Source: an uncultured virus (IMG/VR IMGVR_UViG_3300048004_000231)
Taxonomy: Duplodnaviria; Heunggongvirae; Uroviricota; Caudoviricetes; Crassvirales
DNA: 62,928 nt
Direction: 5' to 3' (one strand)
Virus record (IMG/VR): IMGVR_UViG_3300048004_000231
Coordinates: 1 to 62,928 of that record
This document shows, piece after piece, positions 48,169 to 57,571 of this stretch. Every line of letters begins with the position of its first letter. The first letter of the stretch is position 1. The position numbers were made by a program, and so were the translations under genes. The notes under the pieces are model-generated. The model saw only the letters and a program-made list of their open reading frames with translations. It was not told the DNA's origin and searched no databases.

Positions 48169-48495
48169 ATGGATAGTATAACATTAACTTTCCCGAAGCC
48201 CCTAAACGTTTCTGTACAAATAGGCGATACAGCTTATTATACAAACGATTTAAATGGAGAAACAATTGTACAAATAGGTGAGGTTACTTCGGTAAGCACG
48301 TATAGCATAAATTGTAATATTGCGGCATCAACCCCTAGGCCGACCAATACAAGCTTTATATTGTTTAGCAAAACAAACGCAGCTAATATAAGCGGCCTTA
48401 CAGGATACTTCGCGGAAGCAGTATTTAAAAATAATTCAACAGAAAAAATAGAGCTATTTTCTATAGGTAGCGAAATATTTGAAAGTAGCAAGTAA
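48169..48495 (+). CDS. Hypothetical structural protein
   Basis: LNVSVQIGDTAYY...GYFAEAVFKN...ELFSIGSEIFESSK. Confidence 0.7.
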   Translation: MDSITLTFPKPLNVSVQIGDTAYYTNDLNGETIVQIGEVTSVSTYSINCNIAASTPRPTNTSFILFSKTNAANISGLTGYFAEAVFKNNSTEKIELFSIGSEIFESSK

Positions 48496-48512
48496 AACGT
48501 AATAAAATTAAT

Positions 48513-49226
48513 ATGGATTGGATAATTGAACTTTTAATCGGATCACTAGATTCAGGCATGCAATATGCATTTTTACCTGTTGCAGCAATTGGACAAGGTG
48601 TTAAAGCTCTGACCGGTATTGCGGGTGGTATTATTGGTAGTGGAAAAAGAAAAAGAGAGGAAGCGGCCGCACAAAGAGAATTTGATAGAGCTAAGGCGGC
48701 TTTAATGGATAGAGATATATCTGATCCTACAAAAAATCTTGAAAATCAATATGAAGATCTTACTGTTTCTACAAAAGCAGACGAAATGCGTGTAGCGGGG
48801 CAACAACAGGCTTTAGCTAATACGCTAGGTGCTATGAAAGGAGCGGCTGGGGGAAGCGGTATTGCAGCGTTGGCACAAAGTATAGCGGGCCAACAATCAC
48901 AAAATATATCTGCCGGGCTTGCAGATCTTCAAGGTAGAGAAGCTGCGCTCGCGGGCACAAAAGCAAGTGCCGCAGACGCTTTTCAACAAACAAAAATGCG
49001 CGGTGACTTAATGCAGAGAGAAATGCAGCAAGAGCTTGCAACTGACCAATTTCAAATGGCAGGGCAAAGATTAGGTGCTGCAAAAGCAGCAAGAGCATCG
49101 GCAACCCAATCACTTATGGGAGGCATTGGTACATTAGCAGGAGCTGGATTAGCTGGAGCATTAGGCGAAGGCGAAGGATCATTTATGGATAAAGCAGGTG
49201 ATTTTTTAAAATCCCAACCACAATAA
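48513..49226 (+). CDS. Putative DNA ejection (internal virion) protein
   Basis: G/A/Q-rich helical protein first in a three-gene set of rising size. Confidence 0.6.
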   Translation: MDWIIELLIGSLDSGMQYAFLPVAAIGQGVKALTGIAGGIIGSGKRKREEAAAQREFDRAKAALMDRDISDPTKNLENQYEDLTVSTKADEMRVAGQQQALANTLGAMKGAAGGSGIAALAQSIAGQQSQNISAGLADLQGREAALAGTKASAADAFQQTKMRGDLMQREMQQELATDQFQMAGQRLGAAKAARASATQSLMGGIGTLAGAGLAGALGEGEGSFMDKAGDFLKSQPQ

Positions 49227-49229
49227 ATT

Positions 49230-50543
49230 ATGGACAAAAGAACATTAGACTTAGCGGCTTACGCGGCATCAGGAATGAGCCCAGAAGAATATAGAGCCAC
49301 AGGAGGCTTTAGGAACGTTATAGGAGACTTTGGCGCTGATTTAAGTACTAAGCTTACTAATTACGCAAAAGCCAGTAAAATACTTCAAGAAAAGCAAAAT
49401 CAAAAGATAAGTAATTATATGAAAGGCTTAAACGCTGAGGTAGATATTACATCACTTGACTCAAGCCAACAACAAGCTGCCACTGATTTTTTAATAGCAC
49501 AAAAAAGAACCTACGCGGATGCCGCGATGGAAATAACAAATTATGATGCTACAGATGATCGCTATTTAGAATTGATTAGTATAATGAATGGCGTAAATAA
49601 TAAAGTTAAAAACTTTGCCGGGCAGGTAGATTCTTTAAATAATATGAAAATGCAATTCGTTCAAGATGTGGACTCAGGGCTAATATCTGACGGCAACGAC
49701 GTGGGGCAATTTGCAATTACAACAAACGCTTTAACTAATAATTCTAATTTTTTAGTTGACGAAAGTGGTAATATAGCTTTTTCAGATGAATTAGGGGAAA
49801 TTGATTTATTTAAGGATTTGCCTTCATACTTTAAAAAAGATTTTGACACAGCCAATAAATTAACTAAGTTAATGGACACTGTTTATTCAGCAGGGCAAAC
49901 TATAGATGGTAATAAAGAAAACATGCTTCGTATGCAGCTAAAGAATATGATTAGCCAAGGTGGCAGAGCAACATTGCTTTCCCTTGCTAACGACGATTTC
50001 TTTGTTGAAGGTGGTATGGGGTTACAAGACCCAAGGCTTTATGAAGAGGAAAATGAAGCTGAGCTAAAAGAAACTGTTATAAATGGCTATTTACAAGCTT
50101 TAAAAGACACAGCGGCTGAAGGCGCTAGAAAAGCTTCTAAAAATAATAAAGCTCAAAGAGTAACTACCCAGCAACGCCAGCTACAGCAAATGGAGAATTT
50201 ATTAGTTAATAGCGAAGAATCAATTGTTAACGGGATTAATACATTACTTCCTCAAATACAATCAGGCGAAGTTAACTTTAACAACTTATACGATTTAGGA
50301 ACTAATTTAGGGCTAGATGTTAATAAAGTAACTAATGATGATGACGACATAATAGGGTATAGATTTGAGCATCCTATGATTAAACAAAAAGTTGAAATAT
50401 CCGTAAACGGTATAAAAGATCCTTTTTTAATACAAAAAGCATTATATAGAGCTCTTGGCTCTGATTATTTAGGTTACAATATAACTAGGCCTGAACCAGA
50501 AAATACAGAAGAAACAGAATCTGATCTACCAATAATAGAATAA
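49230..50543 (+). CDS. Putative DNA ejection (internal virion) protein
   Basis: 437-aa helical protein preceding the giant protein. Confidence 0.55.
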   Translation: MDKRTLDLAAYAASGMSPEEYRATGGFRNVIGDFGADLSTKLTNYAKASKILQEKQNQKISNYMKGLNAEVDITSLDSSQQQAATDFLIAQKRTYADAAMEITNYDATDDRYLELISIMNGVNNKVKNFAGQVDSLNNMKMQFVQDVDSGLISDGNDVGQFAITTNALTNNSNFLVDESGNIAFSDELGEIDLFKDLPSYFKKDFDTANKLTKLMDTVYSAGQTIDGNKENMLRMQLKNMISQGGRATLLSLANDDFFVEGGMGLQDPRLYEEENEAELKETVINGYLQALKDTAAEGARKASKNNKAQRVTTQQRQLQQMENLLVNSEESIVNGINTLLPQIQSGEVNFNNLYDLGTNLGLDVNKVTNDDDDIIGYRFEHPMIKQKVEISVNGIKDPFLIQKALYRALGSDYLGYNITRPEPENTEETESDLPIIE

Positions 50544-50545
50544 TT

Positions 50546-53500
50546 ATGTTTGAATTAAACGGTAAGCAGTACTCTTTAACGCAAGTTGAAGCGGCTGCGG
50601 CAAAATCTAATAAAACATTGGATGAATATATCCAAGGAGCTGGCTTAATTACTTTAGAGCCGGGAAAGACAACTCCCACGGGTCAGGGTGCGCCTGTGGA
50701 GGAAACTGCAGCACCCGAAAACAATATGGTTTCCACTTCGGAAGCTGGTTCTTCGGTATCAGAAGAAATTGAGCTTACCAATATACAGTCTATAAAAAAT
50801 TCATTTTCAAATATGCTCGAGCAAACCGGGGATATTATAGAATTTTGGGGCGCTGACAAAGGGCAAGGTTCAGCTTTAGATATAGCCACTAATACAATCG
50901 CGGCAGGAATTTTCGGACAAAATAAAGTAGATGAATTTGCTGCGAATACATCAGATTACATGAGTGGAGGATTAGGTTCTGAAGAAACTATAAAAGCTAT
51001 TAAAGAATATGAAAAAGAATTAGCCCAAACAAAAAGAACCAAAGGTATTATTGAAAGCGCTAAAGAAGGTAATGTCGGAGGTATGGCGGCTGGGGTAATT
51101 AATGCAGTTACTAATGCATTAGGATCTGTAGCATATACGGTTGGAACTTTAGGCACTGGTAATATTTTGAATTATATAGCTAATAATTATGTAGAATTTA
51201 ATAAATTAAAAGCTAAAAATTTAGGAATATCATCAGAAGAACTTATTAAACAAGATAAAGCTGATGAAGCCGCACCCATTGCTATGGGATTTTTAAGCGG
51301 TTTATTAGAGAATATAGGTAGTAAAGCCATAGTACAAGGAGTAGTTAAAGGAACTACGGGCATGGCGACATTGGGCAAGCTTAATAAAAATCTTGCTCAA
51401 AAAATGTTTTATAATAAAACAGCAAGAAGAACCGCTAATATAATAGCCACTGGATCTTTGGAGGCTGTTACGGAAATATTACAGCATGCGTCCGATGCAG
51501 TTAATATAGAATTAGGTAGTGTAGCGGGTACTGATGAAAGCGCCGAGGTAATGTCTTCTTTCTTTGACGCTGTAACAAGCGAAGAAGGCTTAGAAGCGGG
51601 ATTACAAGGATTTTTAGGAGGCAGCGGTTTGTCAACAGGATCTTATTCTGCAAAAGCTTTAAATTCAGTAAGAGAAACCACCAACTTAAAAGAAATTGAT
51701 GGGCTTATACAAAAGTTATATAAGCTTAGAAAAAATTATACAGGCATTACAGACCCTACATCTAAAAAAGGGATAGAACAAAATATTAATACTGTAGAAC
51801 AAAAACTTTCAGATTTAATTGATAAAGGCAATTTAATATATGAATCTTTATCAGATGAGCAAATATCAAAAATAGAAAGCCTAAAAGACTTAGCCAATAC
51901 TGCTGCTAATGAAATAACTGAACTAAATAAAAAATTTAGGCTAGGCATTATTAGCAAAAACGAATATGCCGCTGCATTTGAAGGTTTTAAATTACAATAC
52001 GAACAATCCAGAAATGAGCTAGTAAATTTAAAGTTAGAAGAAAACATATCTACTGTTCAACAAGAAGCGTCACAGAGAGGCACAACAGTTGAAGCGTTTG
52101 AAACAGCCGAAGAATATGCCCAGGCATATAAAGCTTTAACGGGAAAAGATGTAGTAAACTCAAACGGTGTGTTTATTGGTAAAGGCAAAATACTTATTAA
52201 TAAACAATTGGCTAGAGAAACCTTTTCTGTAAATGTAGCAAAACACGAATTTTTACATAATATATTAAATGCTGTTGTTGGAAATCAGGGTAAACAACGT
52301 AATGCAGTTAAAAAAATGCAGCGCGCGATGACCACTACCCAAAGGCGCGAAGTGAATAAAGTTTTAAAAAGAAAACGTATAAAAGCTAATTCTTCTGAAT
52401 ATTATACAGAATATATGAATGTGTTTTCTGATTTATTAGCTACTGATAGAGTAGGTTTTGAAAAAACTGTTTTTGAAAAAATTGGTGGTGCAATAACCGG
52501 TATATTTAAACCATTAGGTTTTGATAATATGAATTTTGCAAATGGGCAAAGCGCATATAACTTTATTAAATCTTATAGCGCAGCAAAAGGTCCTGAATTT
52601 AGTAATATTGTTGAAACTGTAGTAGGCGATATTAATTTAGGTGAGGTTAAAGCTTTTGCAGGGTCTCAGTTTGATGCAAACTTACAAGGTCAAGTACAAA
52701 GGCTTGGACAAGTTGAGCTTAGCCCTGAAGATGTTGCGGGTATAAGTGAAGAACAAATTGCTCGTCTCAAAGATGAAAAATGGAAAAAAAGCGGCGCGGA
52801 TACTGCAATAGCAGAATTATATGCCAGTGGTTTATTAGCCAGATTAATTGGAAGTAAAATTACTTCTGAAGATAGAAAGCTTCCAAATTTTAATGAAGAC
52901 GATTTTATAATGGGTTCTATTGAGGAAATTATTCCTCATATACGGAACTTTAAGCCCGGCCAAAACGACAACTTATCTGGTTGGATAAATTCTCAATTAG
53001 CAAATAAGATTAAACAAGCTAAGAAAACAGGTAAAGTTGGTACTAAACAAAAATTTGAAGAAAGCCTATCTTCTATAACAGAAGAAGGCCAAGAAAGATT
53101 TCAGGTTGCTTCAGATTATTTAGATAGCCAATCTTTAATTGAAATACGTCAGGAAGAAGAAGCCTTACAAAAAGCAAAAATAAATCCTTTAAGCGCATTT
53201 TTTAATGAAGAGGAAGCTGCTGATTATTATTCTAGAACTGTTACGGCTATAAATGAAATGTCTGAAGAAGAGTTTAATAGCTTAACTTTTGCTAGCATGC
53301 CCGATATGGTGCCTGAAATTACAGCTAGGTTATTTGGCATGAAACTTAATGCTTATTTAGGCCTTAATAAAGAAGGCAAACCTACCTCCGCGAATTTTTC
53401 AGGAGATAAAACAAAAGCTCAAAAATTTATATATGCCAATGCTGATACCTTAATTAGACTGTTACCTAACGGGGCTATATTAGAAGGGGATACCGCTAAA

Positions 53501-56500
53501 GAAAGTTTAATAAATACAGGTCTTCAAATACCTAGAAAAATACAACAAGCTTTTTATGAAAAACAAGGCCGCGTAAGTTTAGGAGCAGGCTTAGCCCCCT
53601 TTCAATTAAAAGACAATATAACTAAAAAAGATTTTTTAGCTACATTTGGTATTTCTACTGATGGCAAATTTGCTGTATTAAAAAATGGTGAAGCAAGAGC
53701 AATATCAATGATCGCAATGGCTCGCCTTGTTGGCAGACTTTTAAGCAATACTTCGGTTAGGGCTGCTGTAGATTTAACGCTAGAGCAGGCTCAAGATATT
53801 AAAGCAGGTATTAGTGTTGGGCAATTTGATGCTATTGAGCAAGATGCTGTTAATGATTTAAGAGTTTTTGATGTTTCAATGAACTTAATTGAAAATTTTG
53901 ATCAGCTTTTAAATTCAAATAAAATTAAAAACTTATTAGAAGATCAAGGGGTAGACGTTTCTAAGCTTGATACTACAAATATATTGCTTGTTAATAAACC
54001 CAAAGGCAAAGGGCAAGAATTAGATTTAGACAAAGGTAAGAGCTTCTTTCAAAATATAAGAGAATTAACTAAAGGTTTAGATAGAGATATTGCAAAAAAC
54101 AAAACTTTATTACGCGCTATTTATGGTAATTGGCGTGATACTTTTTTAGGGTTCCCGTTAGATAAAAGTGATTATAAATACCTTATTAAAAATAATAAAA
54201 AATTATCTTTTGAAAATGCCGAAGATTTAAAATTAATTAATGATTTTTTAAATGAAGCATCTGCGGGAACAAGAGATCAGGTTTTTACAGAAGAGCAAGC
54301 TGTGTGGGTTAGCGACTATACTAAAGAACTTATAAAACAATATAAAAAATCTTTAGCAAAAAATAAGCCTAAAGGTAATAGTAATACTCCAAATTCCGCA
54401 AGTAAAATTAGAACGCGTAAAAACCGACTAATGGATAAAAACGTTGAGCAAGACGCCCAAAATGCGTGGAACGATTTATCCGAACATAATGAAACTAATA
54501 ATTTATTAGCTAAAGTACTAATAAGCACATATAAAGACTACTATCATAATGGGCCCGGTACAAAAACAGAAAAATTAAAGTCAATAATAATTAGCTTAGT
54601 TTCTAACCGAAACTCCGTAAACGGATTCAGGTCTTTATCAAATGTTGTTGGAGTTGTATGGAGCCCCGATAAAGTTGCTCAATACCATATGGAGCACACT
54701 GAGTCGATAGCATCTGTAGTTAAAGACATTTTATTACAAATTATTTTACCTATAGGCAGTGAAATTAAATTTAACTCCACATCTGTTTTAATACCTAAAG
54801 AATTAGCTAATTTAAGAGACGGCAATAAAGAAACTAAATTTAGTGCATCGGCATTTAAAAAAATATTGTCAAAATTTGTTAATGATTCCGATAATGATTA
54901 TGAATATTTAGGCGAAAATGGGCAATTTGACAAAGCAGAAGAATTAGGTGAAATGATTGGCCGGACATCTGATATTAGTAGTAAATCTGAAATATCAGAA
55001 AAGAAAGCTAATTTGTTAGGTAAAAACAAAGGTAAATGGAAATTCTTTATACCACCTTCCGCAGATGATCTTATGGGACTTATGTACTATATGGTTGGTA
55101 AAGGAAAACAAGGGGATAAAGATTTAGCTTGGATAAAGAAAAATATAAGCGACCCGTTTGCTAAGGGAATAAATCAATTTACCGCGCATAGACAAATGGT
55201 TATGTCACAGTTTAAAGATTTTAAAAAGCAATTGCGTAAACAAAATATTAAACTAAAAGAAGTAAACAGCACTGGTTTTACAAATGAAGTAGCTGTTAGG
55301 GTTTATATATGGACTAAGCGCGGCATGCAATTACCCGAAGGTGATTTAACGAAGTCAGAAGTTGCAGAACTTATAAAGGTAGTTAAAGAAAATAGCGGGT
55401 TAGAAGATTTTGCAAAACAAGTAATGAACTTAACTACTTTTGCTGAATTGCCGTCTATTGAAAAGAACTGGGATAAAGGATCTATTACAACTGATATTTT
55501 AGATTATTTAAATACATCTTCAAGAGATAAATTTTTAGAAGAGTACGCTGCCAATATAGAAGAAATATTTGGTAAGTTTGGTCAAGATGGTAAACTTTCC
55601 GGCCCAACAGCCAATAGACTGAGAGCAGCTTATGGCGATAATTATTTAGAAGCGTTAAGCGATGTTCTTTATAGAATGAAAACAGGTAGGGCAAGACCAG
55701 CAGGGTCAAATAGATTAACTAATCAATTTGTAAACTGGATTAATGACTCAGTAGGTGCCATTATGTTCTTTAACACAAGATCGGCATTATTACAGCAGCT
55801 TTCTTTTGTTAACTTTATTAACTTTAGTGACAACAATCCGTTAAAAGCTGGAGCAGCATTTGCAAATCAAAAACAATTTTGGAGCGACTATGCCATGCTA
55901 TTTAACTCTGACTTTTTAAAAGAAAGACGTTCAGGGCTGAAAACGGATGTTAACGCAGATGAAATTGCTAAAGCCGCAGAAGAAGGCAGAAATCCTATAC
56001 GGTCTGTTATTGCTTCAATACTTAAGAAAGGATTTTTACCAACACAAATGGCGGATTCACACGCAATAGCTATGGGCGGGGCTTCTTTTTATAGAAACCG
56101 TTTAAATAGATATTTAAGTGAAGGCATGGAGCAGCAACAAGCTGAACAGCAAGCATTTTTAGATTTTCAAGAAGCCGCGGAAGAATCTCAGCAGTCATCA
56201 AGACCTGATCGTATATCACAGCAGCAGGCAAGTCCATTAGGGCGCCTTATATTAGCTTTTGCCAACACGCCTATGCAATATGCTCGCTTAACTAAAAAGG
56301 CAGCTTTAGATTTAATTAACGGCCGAGGGGATTGGAAAACAAACCTTAGTAAATTAATGTATTACGGAGCTGTTCAAAATATAGTGTTCTCTGCTATGCA
56401 AACTGCTTTATTCGCAATGATGTTTGATGACGAGGAAGAGGATAAAGAAAGAGACAGATATTTTAGAATTGCAAATAGTTCAGCTGATGGTTTATTAAGA

Positions 56501-56968
56501 GGTTTAGGATTTGGTGGTGCCGCAGTAGCTACTATTAAAAATATGATACTTGAAGCTATTAATCAAACTAATAAAGCAAGGCCTAATTATGAAAGGGTAG
56601 CTATTAAAGCTTTAACGTTATCGCCGCCTATAGATTCTAAAATACGTAAATTAATGTCTGCTGGTAGAACATTTACTTATAGAAATACAAGAGAAAAAAT
56701 GGCTAAAGAGGGATTTAGTTTAGATAATCCAGCCTTTGAGGCATTAGGTCAGGTTGTATCAGCGACAACTAATTTACCTATGGATCGCGTAATTAGAAAA
56801 ATGGATAACTTGTCTACACCAATTAGACAAGATGTTGAGGCTTGGCAAGCTATATCATTAGCACTTGGTTATTCTAAATGGGATGTTGGTTTAATTGAAA
56901 CGCAAACGAAAAAATCTAAAGGTAAAGTTATATCGAAAAGCACTAAGAAAAAAACAATTAAAAAATAA
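50546..56968 (+). CDS. Giant multidomain (polyvalent) internal virion protein: zincin protease, sigma-70 region-2-like module, possible nuclease module, helical C-terminus
   Basis: HEFLH at aa 567-571; sigma r2-like aa 784-825; QFD at aa 708, 1093, 1460. Confidence 0.7.
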   Translation: MFELNGKQYSLTQVEAAAAKSNKTLDEYIQGAGLITLEPGKTTPTGQGAPVEETAAPENNMVSTSEAGSSVSEEIELTNIQSIKNSFSNMLEQTGDIIEFWGADKGQGSALDIATNTIAAGIFGQNKVDEFAANTSDYMSGGLGSEETIKAIKEYEKELAQTKRTKGIIESAKEGNVGGMAAGVINAVTNALGSVAYTVGTLGTGNILNYIANNYVEFNKLKAKNLGISSEELIKQDKADEAAPIAMGFLSGLLENIGSKAIVQGVVKGTTGMATLGKLNKNLAQKMFYNKTARRTANIIATGSLEAVTEILQHASDAVNIELGSVAGTDESAEVMSSFFDAVTSEEGLEAGLQGFLGGSGLSTGSYSAKALNSVRETTNLKEIDGLIQKLYKLRKNYTGITDPTSKKGIEQNINTVEQKLSDLIDKGNLIYESLSDEQISKIESLKDLANTAANEITELNKKFRLGIISKNEYAAAFEGFKLQYEQSRNELVNLKLEENISTVQQEASQRGTTVEAFETAEEYAQAYKALTGKDVVNSNGVFIGKGKILINKQLARETFSVNVAKHEFLHNILNAVVGNQGKQRNAVKKMQRAMTTTQRREVNKVLKRKRIKANSSEYYTEYMNVFSDLLATDRVGFEKTVFEKIGGAITGIFKPLGFDNMNFANGQSAYNFIKSYSAAKGPEFSNIVETVVGDINLGEVKAFAGSQFDANLQGQVQRLGQVELSPEDVAGISEEQIARLKDEKWKKSGADTAIAELYASGLLARLIGSKITSEDRKLPNFNEDDFIMGSIEEIIPHIRNFKPGQNDNLSGWINSQLANKIKQAKKTGKVGTKQKFEESLSSITEEGQERFQVASDYLDSQSLIEIRQEEEALQKAKINPLSAFFNEEEAADYYSRTVTAINEMSEEEFNSLTFASMPDMVPEITARLFGMKLNAYLGLNKEGKPTSANFSGDKTKAQKFIYANADTLIRLLPNGAILEGDTAKESLINTGLQIPRKIQQAFYEKQGRVSLGAGLAPFQLKDNITKKDFLATFGISTDGKFAVLKNGEARAISMIAMARLVGRLLSNTSVRAAVDLTLEQAQDIKAGISVGQFDAIEQDAVNDLRVFDVSMNLIENFDQLLNSNKIKNLLEDQGVDVSKLDTTNILLVNKPKGKGQELDLDKGKSFFQNIRELTKGLDRDIAKNKTLLRAIYGNWRDTFLGFPLDKSDYKYLIKNNKKLSFENAEDLKLINDFLNEASAGTRDQVFTEEQAVWVSDYTKELIKQYKKSLAKNKPKGNSNTPNSASKIRTRKNRLMDKNVEQDAQNAWNDLSEHNETNNLLAKVLISTYKDYYHNGPGTKTEKLKSIIISLVSNRNSVNGFRSLSNVVGVVWSPDKVAQYHMEHTESIASVVKDILLQIILPIGSEIKFNSTSVLIPKELANLRDGNKETKFSASAFKKILSKFVNDSDNDYEYLGENGQFDKAEELGEMIGRTSDISSKSEISEKKANLLGKNKGKWKFFIPPSADDLMGLMYYMVGKGKQGDKDLAWIKKNISDPFAKGINQFTAHRQMVMSQFKDFKKQLRKQNIKLKEVNSTGFTNEVAVRVYIWTKRGMQLPEGDLTKSEVAELIKVVKENSGLEDFAKQVMNLTTFAELPSIEKNWDKGSITTDILDYLNTSSRDKFLEEYAANIEEIFGKFGQDGKLSGPTANRLRAAYGDNYLEALSDVLYRMKTGRARPAGSNRLTNQFVNWINDSVGAIMFFNTRSALLQQLSFVNFINFSDNNPLKAGAAFANQKQFWSDYAMLFNSDFLKERRSGLKTDVNADEIAKAAEEGRNPIRSVIASILKKGFLPTQMADSHAIAMGGASFYRNRLNRYLSEGMEQQQAEQQAFLDFQEAAEESQQSSRPDRISQQQASPLGRLILAFANTPMQYARLTKKAALDLINGRGDWKTNLSKLMYYGAVQNIVFSAMQTALFAMMFDDEEEDKERDRYFRIANSSADGLLRGLGFGGAAVATIKNMILEAINQTNKARPNYERVAIKALTLSPPIDSKIRKLMSAGRTFTYRNTREKMAKEGFSLDNPAFEALGQVVSATTNLPMDRVIRKMDNLSTPIRQDVEAWQAISLALGYSKWDVGLIETQTKKSKGKVISKSTKKKTIKK
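50662..50716 (+). promoter_or_regulatory. -1 programmed ribosomal frameshift signal (slippery heptamer + H-type pseudoknot)
   Basis: In-phase G GGA AAG, 7-nt spacer, stem1 CCACGGGT/GCCTGTGG, stem2 GGGTGC/GCACCC. Confidence 0.72.
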
Positions 56969-56972
56969 TATT

Positions 56973-57332
56973 ATGCCAGTTAGAAAAGCAAAAAACCCAG
57001 CTACAAGACCTACAAATAAAGTTACCGAAAGCTATGACGAAAAGCGATCTAAGCGACGTGGCTCAGGGAATTATTTACCAAAAGTTAAAGAGCCGTTGCA
57101 GAATCGTGGTGTTCAATCTAATCCCGCTAAAGAAAGACAACGCCAAAGAGCAATTGAAAGAGAAAGCATTGAAAATAAACGCCGCGAAAATTCACCTTTG
57201 CAAAAAAAAGATGCTTGTTATGCTAAAGTAAAAGCAAGATATAAAAAATGGCCATCTGCGTATGCTAGTGGTGCGCTAGTTAAATGCCGTAAAGTTGGTG
57301 CTAAAAACTGGGGTAATAAAAGTAAAAAATAA
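56973..57332 (+). CDS. Basic protein with SPLQK motif
   Basis: Likely start MPVRKAK; C-terminal DACYAKVKARYKKWPSAYASGALVKCRK. Confidence 0.75.
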   Translation: MPVRKAKNPATRPTNKVTESYDEKRSKRRGSGNYLPKVKEPLQNRGVQSNPAKERQRQRAIERESIENKRRENSPLQKKDACYAKVKARYKKWPSAYASGALVKCRKVGAKNWGNKSKK

Positions 57333-57559
57333 TGGCATTTAAATTAAAACCATCTCCATTTAAAAATCTTAAACGTTGGTTTGAGGAAGAATGGGAAACC
57401 CCAAGCGGTGAAAAAGATTATAGCAAAGGCGAAAATACATTTAGACCTACAAAAAAAATTAATAGCAGTACACCAAAAACCTGGAGTGAAGTCACACCAG
57501 AATCAAAAAGAAAAGCTCAGCGCGAAAAGAATACTAAAGGCAGAGTAACTAAATATTAA
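57332..57559 (+). CDS. Small basic protein with SPFK motif
   Basis: MAFKLKPSPFKNLKRWFEEEW...RPTKKI...TPKT. Confidence 0.75.
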   Translation: MAFKLKPSPFKNLKRWFEEEWETPSGEKDYSKGENTFRPTKKINSSTPKTWSEVTPESKRKAQREKNTKGRVTKY

Positions 57560-57571
57560 AAACAAAAACTG

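Noticed and set aside
50546-56968. crAss/N4-like virion RNA polymerase
   Set aside because: Size is similar, but I found no DxDxD/DFDxD or T7-type catalytic motif.
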